NCBI GenBank assembly: GCA_964016885.1
Contig: OZ024740.1
Location: forward strand, 59,334,001-59,398,000
DNA from: Eledone cirrhosa
Lineage: Eukaryota
Direction of reading: 5' to 3'
DNA: 64,000 nt
Below are positions 13,567-24,893 of this stretch, one piece after another; position 1 is the first letter of the stretch, and each line of letters opens with the position of its first letter. Both the position numbers and the translations under genes were made by a program. Below the pieces are notes generated by a model that worked only from the letters and a program-made list of their open reading frames with translations, searched no databases and was not told the origin of the DNA.

Positions 13567-14020
13567 TGGCTGCCAACTCGTTTTCGAGTATGGCCACTAC
13601 TTTATATCCATGTAGGAGAACCCCTACCAATGCGCTGAACGAGTGTGACTTTTTAGTCCAGCCAGCGACTTGAAAACTCTGGTACAAACACTATACTTGT
13701 GACAATTATTGACACATAGTGCTGGGCCCATAGTACCATGTGACGACAAGTGCAGAGAGATCTCCAGATATAAAGCAATGCCTGTGCTGTGAAGCTTTTA
13801 TAGTGAGCAAAGGCACTGCACAAAGCCAGTCCCACTCTCTTAACCAAGATGATATTTACGAAAAAGAAGAACAATTCAACATCATTGGATACCATCAGGG
13901 TTGCAGGTGTTATATCAGAGTTTTCCTTCTCCTAGAATTCTGCCTTGACAAAGGCTAAGGGGTCATCTCTCCCGGTGATTTTGGATGGCTATTGACTCTT
14001 AAGAGCCCCTTTGCCTTTTG
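13563..14020 (-). mobile_element. Non-autonomous RTE-derived element, same family as 61714-64000, in (TA)n
   Basis: Highly similar to the tandem units; 3' end carries a C2H2 relic ([22 protein letters not shown]). Confidence 0.8.
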
Positions 14021-14469
14021 TATATATATATACACACACACACATATGCATATGCATGCATGTGGTATTTGTGTTTGTATATACTGGTGTAAAAATGATA
14101 TGGCAAGTTATATCCCTTTACATTTAAAAGTAAAAATGTGTCATTCAATAAATAGAGCCTGAGAAATAAATATCAAATTGTACTAATTATTGGGGTTTAA
14201 TATGATCGACTAAAATCATTCAAAGCTGGAGCTGCACCATTGCTGAAACATGTCAAAGAATAAAAGAATATAACCTATCATCATTACTGTTTATCACAAA
14301 GATGTCTTCCAGCTGCCACACAGCCCTTTTTCTCATCAAATGTTGTTGCTTTTCCTACCTTAGCAGTGGAGGTGGGCATTCTGAAAGTTGTATGATGCTT
14401 GTTTGCGAATTGTAATGTTGCATTGTAGTGAGCATGAGTACTGAATGAGGATAAAGAACAAGAACTGGA

Positions 14470-14995
14470 ATAAAGTAAGGTCAAAATGTTCCACTGAATG
14501 TGTAATATTAGTTTAAATAAACGCTGGAGCATAAATGAGCTTACAGAAAAACTGGATATAAGAAAAATCAGATGTAAAAGAGAAGATTGGGTTATAATGG
14601 ATAGACAGGAGATGTGTATGGAGAACAGCATTTAGGTGTAAAGGAGTGTCAAGCAGTCTAAGTGGAATGAAGCAGTGTGGACGGGGTGCTTTTTGTCGTG
14701 ACATCTACACAACCACTTTACAGTGTGGACTGGGTGCTTTTTGTCATGACATCTGCACAACCACTTTACAGTGTGGACTGGGTGTTTTGTCATGTCACCA
14801 TCACAATCACTTTATAGTGTGAGCTTCATCATCATCATCATCATTATCTTCGTTTAATGTCCATCTTCCACGCTAGCATGGGTTAGACGGGAGTTGTCCC
14901 ACTTGAGGCAAGGTTGGTTGGGTGACGGTGTCTCACTCATATAGGACTATCTGGCAGGTTTTCTATGGCTGGATGTCCTTCCTAACACCAACTGC
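14470..14995. mobile_element. Cluster: old RTE fragment (+, about 14470-14640), 43-44 bp tandem module (14674-14822), SINE/RTE 3' end (-, 14826-14995)
   Basis: WSINELTEKLDIRKIRC relic; repeated CAGTGTGGACTGGGTGCTTTTTGTC..ACAACCACTTTA; (CAT)n followed by the shared tail. Confidence 0.7.
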
Positions 14996-16155
14996 CTATA
15001 TATATATGAGCTTATATATATATATATATCTCTTTCCCACTCTGTCAATATCCTATCTGCCTGTCTATCATATCTACTTTATAATAGTTTTTCTTTTATC
15101 CATCTCTGAGTATAACCACTGCTTTCTTTTACATTCCTATAGTATGACAGGAAGAGAGAAACCAGCAAATATTTGAAAAGGGACTCATAACTTTGCCGTT
15201 AATAATATTGATTAATGCTAATTTTTAATGTATGAGTGATGTCATTAATGCATTTCCCCCAGAGCTCAAAGAGAATAATATAGTGAGAGAAAGTAAATGG
15301 AAATATGCTTTGCTTTGTATTGATTTTATATTATTTGAAATTTATCAATGCAATATTAGATTTAACCAGTGATGACAGCATTAAACTTATAAAATTTTCA
15401 TATAAAATTCGGAAGATTTATTGTCCATTTTATAAGAATGGAAACAAATTTCAGTCAAAGAGGATGCCATTCTTTTATATAACAAAGGTTCATAATAAAA
15501 CAAAAGTTTGTAAGCTATATATTATTACTAGAGAAAAATATTTTTTTTTATATAATGCACTTTAGATTCTCCTACATAATTGCTAAAGACTCAAGAGAAT
15601 GTTGGTTCCAATGAATGGGAGAAGAAAGAGCAATTAGTAGGTCAATCCAGGTGCAATGCTTCTCTGATGAAAACATATAAAACTAAATGTATATTATAGA
15701 AGTTAATTAGAACTGGTGATAATGAGAAAAAATCCAGAAACAGCTACCTTGTATTCTCACCATTGTTGAGATAGCTGTGACATGATCATAGCCTTAAAAA
15801 CATTCATAGCATGACTCTTGTATGTTTATTATACATGTCATTGTTAATTAACTCTAACCAGTCAAGTTCACACTATATGCAATGCTGATGTTTTATATGC
15901 AAAAAGAGTTTATTGACTTTAGCCTCTTCTTGTCTCAGCAATGAGTGAGTAAATGTTACTGATGATGGAGGAACATCCAGAAACAACTGTCTGGCCTTCT
16001 CAATGCCACTGAGATAGTGCGACATGATTATAACTTTTAAAAAATTCATAGCGAGACTTTCATATGTTTATAACCATACTGTATATGCTTTCATATAGAT
16101 CCCTATTATGGAAGTTATTCAGAAAAGCTTAGAATCAAATGATAGTTAACATTAA

Positions 16156-16376
16156 CCCTTTAGCATTTACATTACTCTATATATACTATTATATTTTCAC
16201 AGTAAAGGCTTTACCTTACATAATTATCTCACATAATATCGAATCTATAAGATTTTGATATTATTTATTTTGAGAACAATACATTAACATCAGTATGAAT
16301 GGCTGGTTACAGCTGGTTTAAACAGAAAGAGGTGAGAGAATTCTGGCTGGATATGGCCAGTTTAAATGCTAAAGGG
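16156..16376. mobile_element. piggyBac-like MITE
   Basis: TIR CCCTTTAGCATTTA / TAAATGCTAAAGGG with TTAA TSD; second copy at 30118-30338. Confidence 0.85.
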
Positions 16377-16534
16377 TTAAGTCATAGTTTAACTTTAGAT
16401 GTTGATTATTCTGTACAATACCAAAGCTATATTTCAATATATCATGTGTGTGTGTGTGTGTGTGTGCTCACACTTATGCAGGTTTAGCTGGCCTCCTCCA
16501 AGGTATATCTCGTTGGAGGTGTCTTGGGTGATTT

Positions 16535-16755
16535 AATGATAGGGACCCCAGTCCTATCATCTCATTTCTATCATCTCATCATCTCAGTCCTATCATCTCA
16601 GTCCTATCATCTCATTTCTACAGCTGAGTAAACTGGAGCAACGTGAAATAAAGTGTCTTGCTCAAGGAAACAACACATCACCCGGTCCGAGAATTGAACT
16701 CACAACCTTTCGATTGCAAGCCCAATGCTCTAACCACTAAGCTATGCATCTTCAC
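16535..16755 (-). mobile_element. tRNA-headed SINE family B, 5' half (CORE-like body)
   Basis: Minus strand GCTTAGTGGTTAGAGC..GTGAGTTCAATTC..TTGAGCAAGACACTTTATTTCAC..TTGCTCCAGTTTACTCAGCTG. Confidence 0.8.
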
Positions 16756-16919
16756 AATATATCATGTATGATAGAATAAAGGTAACTGCATGGAAAGCCA
16801 GCTCTGAAAGTCAAATACTCTACCTGGCACCAATCTTCATTTGTTTCTTATTAAGAAGCTATGGATCATCACATGTCTGAGCAGCAGGAACTCATTTTAT
16901 GTGAAACAGCACTGTTAGC

Positions 16920-17085
16920 ATGTGGATTGGCAGTATCGGTAGAGGGTCAGACGCCATTCTTTGCAGCACAGTTACGTCCCTTTACGAACTGAGTTCAAAT
17001 CCCGCCGAGGTTAACTTTGCCTTTCATCGTCACAGGGTCGATAAAATAAAGTACCAGTAATGTACTGGATAATTGCTGGCCTTGA
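16920..17085 (+). mobile_element. SINE family A
   Basis: Family A head and body. Confidence 0.8.
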
Positions 17086-17395
17086 AACAATTATCAAATA
17101 TAAAGAGAAGACAGAGAAACAAGCACATAAACACACACATACACACACAAACACACATAGTCACACATACAAACACAAACACAAGCAGACACATATACAT
17201 GCACCTACACACACAAACGCACACACACACATGCGGGAGCACACACAAGTATTTGTCTATCAAATTTAATACTATTGTCCAATGCCATAGAAGAAGTCAC
17301 TTGTCTTGTCCAGAGTAGCATACAGTGGGATAGAACACTTGACCATGTGTTTGCAAAGAGAGCATTTTAACCACACACCCATACCTACTACATTT

Positions 17396-17434
<39 letters not shown>

Positions 17435-17436
<2 letters not shown>

Positions 17437-18280
17437 CGTTTCTGAATTTGTTTAGCAAGATTCTTTATCTGAAATCGTGTGTTGAAACCGATATTGTTAT
17501 ACTTTGGGAGGGTCATGTTGCCAATAAGAAACACACGCACCAGTTGCTTTCACTTCAATTTATTATATATTTATAAATTTATAAATTTACAAATCTACAA
17601 ATCTATAAATTTCTGGTTGGTTGGTTGGTTCCACAACCAGATAGTTGTTTATATATAGTCATAGTCCTTTCGTCACACACTCTGTGACCTCTTCAGTGAC
17701 TGGGGATTCCTTTCTTTGTTTCTGTGCCTTTCCTTTCTTCTGTCCTACGCCATTTTGTTTCTGTGTGTGTGTTGTGTGCTCAGTTTGCGCATGCGCCACA
17801 TCCGGGTGTCTGTGTGTGTTTGTGTTCATTTATCTATTTGTTTATTTATTTACATGTTGTTGGTTGGTTGTTTGTTCTATGTGTGTGTGTGTTTTCATTT
17901 TGTCCTTAATTGTAAGTTGTGATGTTGCTGTTCCACTCATATTTTCTATTTAATTTTGGTTGTAATTCTTTTATGCTTACTGCCTCTGTAATTTGCCTAA
18001 ACATTGCATCTTTTCTGTGTGTGGATTCTATTTTTATTTCTATGTTCTCTAATTTACCCTTGTGTTTTATCTTAGCATGTTGGTAGAGTACAGATGATTC
18101 TTTATTATCTTGAAGGTCTCGCCAGTGTTCATTTATCCGTTCCCCTATACTACGAGCTGTCTCACCTATGTACACTATATTTTTGTTTCTACATTGTCCT
18201 TCAGTACATCTTATGCTATACACTACATTTCTAGTTTTACAGTTAATATGGGGGCTTATTTTACAGGTTATACATTTCTT
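17435..18280 (-). mobile_element. Penelope-like element 3' part: GIY-YIG endonuclease relic plus pLTR
   Basis: NCKTRNVVYSIRC..C..VYIGETARSIGERINEH..RQITEAVSIKELQPKLNRK (ORF 17906-18223); hammerhead downstream; ends in (TA)n. Confidence 0.88.
17657..17701 (-). ncRNA. Minimal type I hammerhead ribozyme
   Basis: AGTCA-CTGAAGA-G-GTCACA(GAGTG)TGTGAC-GAAA-GGAC-TA-TGACT: 5-bp stem I, 6-bp stem II, complete core. Confidence 0.8.
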
Positions 18281-18285
18281 ATCTA

Positions 18286-19735
18286 TACGCTCATAGCTGA
18301 ATCAATGACCGAACTAGAGAAGAAATTCCAAACATGGAAGCACGGCCTAGAATCAAAAGGCCTTAAAATTAACCTGGCTAAGACTAAAGTTCTACTTTGT
18401 AGGAAAGAAAATAAGGCGGCGGTCCCATCTGGGAAATGGCCATGCTCAGTGTGTAGGAAAGGCGTAGGTAGAAACTCCATTTTATGTCCTAAATGCAAAG
18501 TATGGGTGCATAAAAGATGTAGTGGGATCACAGGTAAGCTAACTAAGAACATAGATTTTACATGTGGCCGGTGCTCTGGTGCAATAAGTAGCAGCAAGTG
18601 CCCACAAATACTAGCTCCTTCAACTGCGCAGAGGGTTCTATAGAAATAGTGGACAGCTTCCGTTATCTGGGTGACAAAATCAGCAGTGGGGGAGGGTGCT
18701 CTGAAAGTACAGTAGCTAGAGTCAGAACTGGATGGAAAAAGTTCAGAGAGCTTATACCACTATTAGCCGCTAGAGGGTTCTCCCTAAAAATGAAAGGCAG
18801 GTTATACGATGCCTGCATACGAACAGCAATGCTGCATGGCAGTGAGACCTGGGCATTGTGTGCAGAGGATATACGCAGACTAGAGAGGAACGAAGCTTGC
18901 ATGCTCCGCTGGATGTGCAATAGTAATATACTTGAACGGCAAAGCATAAACGAACTAAGGAAAAAATTAGAAATAAGAGGGATCAGATGTTGTTTACTCG
19001 AGAGAAGGCTACGTTGGTACGGTCACGTGATGCGCATGAAAGACGACAGCTGTATAACAAAGTGCAGGGCAATAAAGATAGACGGTAGCCACGGAGTAGG
19101 CAGACCCAGAAAAACATGGGACGAGCTGATAAATTCCGACCTCACACGCTTACACCTCTCCAAGACAATGTCACTGGACCGAGACCTTTGGCGGTACTCA
19201 GTAATAGAGAAGACCCGCCTTACCTAAATACAAAGTAAAAACCTACTACAGTCAGTAGGCATCTCTATCAAAACACACCCCCGTCCCACCACCTCCACCC
19301 CACCCACACCGCCCCTTTCAATGTAAAGTTATGTTGGTGCCACAACATCCAGGCCGAACAAATGAGATCGTGTAGGTGTCACGACAAAAAACACACAGTC
19401 CACGCTGTAAATGTGGCCGTGTAGGCAACACGGTAAAAACCTCCCAGCCCCACACTGTAAATGTGGTTGGTGTTAGGAAGGGCATCCAGCTGTAGAAAAC
19501 CCGCCAGACAGTCCACGCTGTAATGTGGCCGTGTAGGCAACACGGTAAAAACCTCCCAGCCCCACACTGTAAATGTGGTTGGTGTTAGGAAGGGCATCCA
19601 ACTGTAGAAAACCCGCCAGACAGTCCTATGCGAGCAAGACAACCACTCTTGCCTCAAATGGGAAAACCCCCGTCCAAACCCATGCAAGCGTGGAACACGG
19701 ACGCTAAACCTGATGATGATGATGATGATGATGAT
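18286..19735 (+). mobile_element. 5'-truncated RTE-clade LINE with 3' UTR and (GAT)n tail
   Basis: ORFs 18110-18643 and 18598-19227 (one frameshift): FRYLG, MLHGSETW, RRLRWYGHVMR, GRPRKTW. About 102-bp tandem duplication in the UTR (19396-19625). Confidence 0.92.
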
Positions 19736-19751
19736 GTCTTGCTAATAAGTG

Positions 19752-19787
<36 letters not shown>

Positions 19788-19789
<2 letters not shown>

Positions 19790-20130
19790 AGGCACATGGC
19801 ACATGGCTTAGTGGTTTGAGCATTGGCCTTGCAATCGAAAGGTTGTGAGTTCAATTATCAGACTGGGTGATGTGTTGTTTCCTTGAGCAAGACCCTTTAT
19901 TTCACATTGCTCCAGTTTACTCAGCTGTAGAAATTGGATGATAGGGACTGGGGTCCATATCATTCCACTGCAAAGTGGTCGTGTAGGTGCCACGGCAAAA
20001 AGCACCCAGCACTCACTGTAAATGAGGTTGGTGTTAGGAAGGGCATCCAGCTGTAGAATTCGAGCCAGAATCAGTTCCCGTCCCACCCTTGCAAGCAGGG
20101 AAAAGTGGACGTAAAATGATGATGATGATG
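19788..20130 (+). mobile_element. Full-length SINE family B (tRNA head, CORE-like body, RTE-like tail)
   Basis: TGGCTTAGTGGTT A box, GAGTTCAATT B box, tail GTTGGTGTTAGGAAGGGCATCCAGCTGTAGAA..GGACGTAAAA(TGA)n shared with the RTE 3' UTR. Confidence 0.85.
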
Positions 20131-21806
20131 ATCATCATCATCATCAACGTTTAACGTCCGTGTTCCACGCTTGCATGGGTTTGGACGGGGGTAGTCCCAC
20201 TTGAGGCAAGAGTGATTGTCTTGCTCGCATAGGACTGTCTGGCAGGTTTTCTACAGTTGGATGCCCTTCCTAACACCAACCACATTTACAGTGTGGGTCT
20301 GGGAGGTTTTTACCGTGTTGCCTACACGGCCACATTACAGCGTGGACTGTGTGTTTTTTTGTCGTGACACCTACACGATCTCGTTTGTTTCGGCCTGGAT
20401 GGCGCGGCACCAACATAACTTTACATGGAACGGGGTGGTGTGGATGGGGTGGGGGTGGTGGCGGGACGGGGTGTAGTTTGTTAGATATGCCTACTGGCAA
20501 GGCGGGTCTTCTCTGTTACTGAGTACCGCCAAAGGTCACGGTCCAGTGACATTGTCTTGGAGAGGTGTAAGTGTGTGAGGTCGGAGTTTATCAGCTCATC
20601 CCATGTTTTTCTAGGTCTGCCTATTCCGTGGCTACCGTCTATCTTTATTGCCCTGCACTTTGTAATACAGCTATCGACTTTCATGCGCATCACGTGTCCA
20701 TACCAACGCAGCCTTCTCTCGAGTAAACAACATCTGATCCCTCTTATCTCTAATTTTTTCCTTAGTTCGTTTATGCTTTGCCGTTCACGTATATTACTGT
20801 TACACATCCAGCGGAGCATGCAAGCTTCGTTCCTCTCTAGTCTGCGTATATCCTCTGCACACAATGCCCAGGTCTCACTACCATGCAACATTGCTGTTCG
20901 TATGCAGGCATCGTACAACCTGCCTTTCATTTTTAGGGAGAACCCTTTAGCAGCTAATAGTGGTATAAGCTCTCTGAACTTTTTCCAACCAGTTCTGACT
21001 CTAGCTACAGTACTTTCAGAGCACCCTCCCCCACTGCTGATTTTATCGCCCAGGTAACGGAAGCTGTCCACTATTTCTATAGAACCCTCTGCGCAATTGA
21101 AAGAGCTAGTATTTTGTGGGCACTTGCTGCTACTTATTGCACCAGAACACCGGCCACATGTAAAGTCTATGTTCTTAGTTAGCTTACCTGTGATCCCACT
21201 ACATCTTTTATGCACCCATACTTTGCATTTAGGACATAAGATGGAGTTTCTACCTACGCCTTTCCTACATACCGAGCACGACCATTTCCCAGAAGGGACC
21301 GCCGCCTTGTTTTCTTTCCTACAAACTAGAACTTTGGTCTTAGCCAGGTTAATTTTAAGTCCTTTTGACTCTAGGCCGTGCTTCCATGTTTGGAATTTCT
21401 TCTCTAGCTCGGCCATTGATTCCGCTATGAGTGTCAGGTCGTCTGCGTATAGGAGTTCCCATGGGCAGCCTGTCTTGAACTCCTCTGTTATAGCCTGAAG
21501 GGCAATAATAAATAGTAGGGGGCTGAGAACAGAGCCCTGATGGACGCCAACTTTTACGCTAAACTCTTCACTATATTCGTTGTTAATTCTAACCTTGCTG
21601 ACTGTTTCTTTATACATGGCTTGTATAGCCCTCACAAGCCATTCGTCAACGCCTAGTTTTCTAAGAGCCCACCAGATAATGGAGCGGGGGACTCTGTCGA
21701 AGGCTTTCTCCAGGTCGACAAAAGCTAAGTAGAGGGGTTTACCTTTAGCTAGGTACTTCTCCTGTAGTTGTCGTACTATGAAAAGAGCGTCTGTGGTGCT
21801 TTTGCC
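20131..21806 (-). mobile_element. 5'-truncated RTE-clade LINE, long open RT frame
   Basis: 384-aa ORF 20481-21635 with GVHQGSVLSP, YADD and FRYLG; frame extends upstream through FVDLEKAFDRV. Confidence 0.95.
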
Positions 21807-21889
21807 ATCATCATCATCGTTTAACGTCCATCTTCCACGCTAGCATGGGTTAGATGGTATATATATATTTAATGGATTTTCTTTTTCAG

Positions 21890-23590
21890 GTGAATTTTAC
21901 CAGCAGGGTCTCTGGGGTAGCGATGGGAACCAGAATGGGTCCAAACTATGCCAACTTGTTTGTTGGCTACGTCGAAGACCAGATCTTCTTCCAGTATGCT
22001 GGACAGACTCCTGAGCTATACGATCATTATATCGAAGGCTGTATCGGCGCCATATCTGACTATCACTATCACGAGAACAGCTCGATTGTTTTTTTTCTTT
22101 TGTCTACCCTTTCCATCTCAATTTCACCGCCTCTGTCTCCGATTCTTCTGTCGCTTATCTAGATATCTTTCTATCTATTAATCCCTCTCACCCCAGCCTC
22201 TCTACTGCCATCTACATTAAACCAAAGACTCCCAATCTTATCTCGACTTCACCTCCTCCCATCCAACCCACACCAAACACTCCATAGCCTATTCCCAATT
22301 CCTTCGTCTTTGTCAACTCTGTAGCCAGGACGACGATTTTGAAACCCATTGCCTTCGCATGGCTTCCTGCTTCATCCAGCATGGATATCCTCCCACTTTG
22401 ATCCAAGCTGCTCTCACCCACGCCCGTGAAACAGACCACACCACAGCCCTCTCACCTCACCCCCACCCTCCCAACACCCGTGTTCCTTTCCCTCTCACCT
22501 ACCACACCATCACCCTATCACTCCGGCGACATATCCTCCGTTCCTTCCGTATCCTCTCTTCTTTCCCCATCACTTCTCGCTTTTTTCCAAACCCACCCAT
22601 TACTGCTTTTAAGCACGCCCGAAACCTCCTGGTTTGCAGTTCTTTTTTTTCCTCTCCCATGACTCCACCTGGCTCTCATCCTTGTTCCCGTTCCCTCTGC
22701 AACACATGTCCCTTTATTTCCACCCTCACCACTCTTACAGGCCCAAACGGGTCTTTCCGTATCTGTCATTCCTTCACCTACACATCCACCCCACTGTCTA
22801 TGCCCTCCGGTGTTCCCTTTGCGGGTCTTTGTATATCGGACAAATGGGACGCTGTATGGCGGATCGTTTTGCCGAACATTTGAGGGACATACGACTCGGT
22901 TTGGATACTCCTGTCACCCGTCATTTCTGTTCTCCTGGTCATTCTTCCCTACATGTTTCAGTCTTGGGGTCCTTTTACATCATGGATCACAGGCCTTGCG
23001 CACCAGGATTGAACAAAGTCTGATTCACCGTCTTGGGTCCTATTCCCCTCTTGGACTCAACTCACCTCCCCAATTTCTCTAATACCCCATCTATTATTAC
23101 ACCCCTAGATTCCTATCACTTTCTCTTTGCTCATAGCTTCGTACTTACATGCACACACAGACACTCTTTTACTCACATATACACACACATTTCTTCTTAG
23201 CTTCGTACGGCCCTATAATAACACACACACAAATTCATGCTTACGCATGTGCTCAAGTATAGCTCTTTTTACAAAACGTTTTTTTTTTCCATTTCAGGAA
23301 GACGCGTGCCATCATCCAATTTTCTAAAAAACAAATCATACACAAAACGCCAACACCAAGAGTTTTGCAAGAGATGGCAACATGAATGGACCTATTATTT
23401 TTATCTAAAGACATTTTTTCCAATTCCATCCCGCCCATCCCCTTAATCTATTTTATTTCTCATTCTTTCTTCTGATGAAGGACTAGCGTCCGAAACGTTA
23501 AGAACCTTTTCCTGCTATATCAACCGTTAACCCAATATATACCTTCTATATACTGTACCGATTGTGTTATTTCTGTTCACCTTTTACATA
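21890..23590 (+). mobile_element. Decayed Penelope-like element (RT C-half + GIY-YIG + pLTR)
   Basis: SGVAMGTRMGPNYANLFVG (PLE RT); HGYP; CSRSLCNTCPFI; VYALRCSLCGSLYIGQMGRCMADRFAEH; IEQSLIHRLGSYSPLGLN. Confidence 0.9.
23467..23504 (+). ncRNA. Minimal type I hammerhead ribozyme with palindromic ACGT stem III
   Basis: TTCTT-CTGATGA-A-GGAC(TAGC)GTCC-GAAACGT-T-AAGAA. Confidence 0.88.
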
Positions 23591-23607
23591 CATAGATATA
23601 TATATAT

Positions 23608-24217
23608 AAAATTAGTCCCTCATCAGTGATGAGGGACTAATTTTATAATATGTAATCCATGTGCAACCATGCAGTATTCTTCTCCCCATATTTTTCATAT
23701 ATTTACCTAAACTGCGATTATCTGTTTCTCTCTTTCTCTCTTACTGCTCCCCCGTTCTCTCTGTTTCTCTTACCTTCTTTCGTCCCCTCTGTCAATTGAC
23801 ACTTTCTCTCGACTGACCTCTTCCTCGCACTGCCACTCACTCACTCTCTGTTTCTCCCCTTCTCACTTCCTCCCGTTCGCTAGGAGTCGGATTCTTTCTT
23901 TCTCACATCCCATTCACAGCGAAAGGTCTGTTTGCTAAGCGCTCATGAATTCACCCAGCTTACGCTGATCGAATAACCATGTTGCTTGTTTTTTCTTCCC
24001 ATCTTCGGTTAGCTTTTCCTTCTATGTTGTTTACTTGTCTCACTCGCTTTACGCGACTCACTTGTCCCAATAGCTTATTTTAGTTATTGCTTGCACCAAC
24101 CTGAGGTATATGATTTTTAATGCGATGAAATACCAATGATCGTTGGCAAATCACTGATGAGGGACTAATTTTATATGTAATCCATGTGCAACCATGCAGT
24201 ATTCTTCTCCCCATATT

Positions 24218-24227
<10 letters not shown>
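23608..24227 (+). mobile_element. Solo pLTR-like non-coding unit (about 530-nt period) with about 75-bp terminal direct repeat and short 5' inversion
   Basis: 23627-23702 is repeated at 24155-24227; palindrome TATAAAATTAGTCCCTCATCA-G-TGATGAGGGACTAATTTTATA at the left end; flanked by (TA)n. Confidence 0.75.
24082..24161 (+). ncRNA. Candidate permuted hammerhead ribozyme with kink-turn-like loop, copy 2
   Basis: GGTA-TA-TGATTT..GAAA-TACC..AAATCA-CTGATGAG; stems covary with 616-696. Confidence 0.65.
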
Positions 24228-24254
<27 letters not shown>

Positions 24255-24433
24255 AAAGAATAGAGGTAAAATTATTTTTGAAAAGCATTAGAAATGCACA
24301 AGCGGTAAAACTTAAAACCAAAACTGAATACTAACCAATACTATTACTAATTTTTACTTATTCCTAATTAAACTATTTTTCACTGGGAACAATTTGTCAG
24401 CATTTTCTTTTCCTTTTACCAATATATATATAT

Positions 24434-24564
24434 ATATTAAAATATAAATATTAATAAAATAGATGTTCTTTTGATCAATTACATTTTATTATATCTATTA
24501 TATATATAATAAAATGTAATTGATCAAAAGAACATCTATTTTATTAATATTTATATTTTAATAT
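24434..24564. repeat. Perfect AT-rich inverted repeat, about 61-bp arms
   Basis: AATAGATGTTCTTTTGATCAATTACATTTT / AAAATGTAATTGATCAAAAGAACATCTATT. Confidence 0.85.
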
Positions 24565-24656
24565 TAATAACTCCAGAAAATTATTTTTTTCGTAGAGTGC
24601 TTTCAATCTACTGTAAAACTCATTCTTTGACATAATCATTGAATATCGTTTAACAC

Positions 24657-24714
<58 letters not shown>

Positions 24715-24735
24715 ATATATACATTTATATATATA

Positions 24736-24893
24736 TATGAAAAGAGTCAGAACCCCGACGGCTGAGCTCCAGCCGTTTTGACAGTTAGATCCATCAGAGT
24801 CCTGACTCTTTTCATATTACCCACTCTACTACCCTAAGTATTGAGCACTCTGGTGCGTTATGGTCCACCTAGTATCTTACCACACCCTCTTTG

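Noticed and set aside
19788-19870. tRNA-like A/B boxes (also the heads of SINE family A)
   Set aside because: They continue into SINE bodies in many copies; not standalone tRNA genes.
24101-24160. Box C/D snoRNA reading of CTGA / ATGAT / CTGA
   Set aside because: No upstream C box or terminal stem, the homologous copy at 616-696 lacks the boxes, and hammerhead geometry explains more of the conserved positions.
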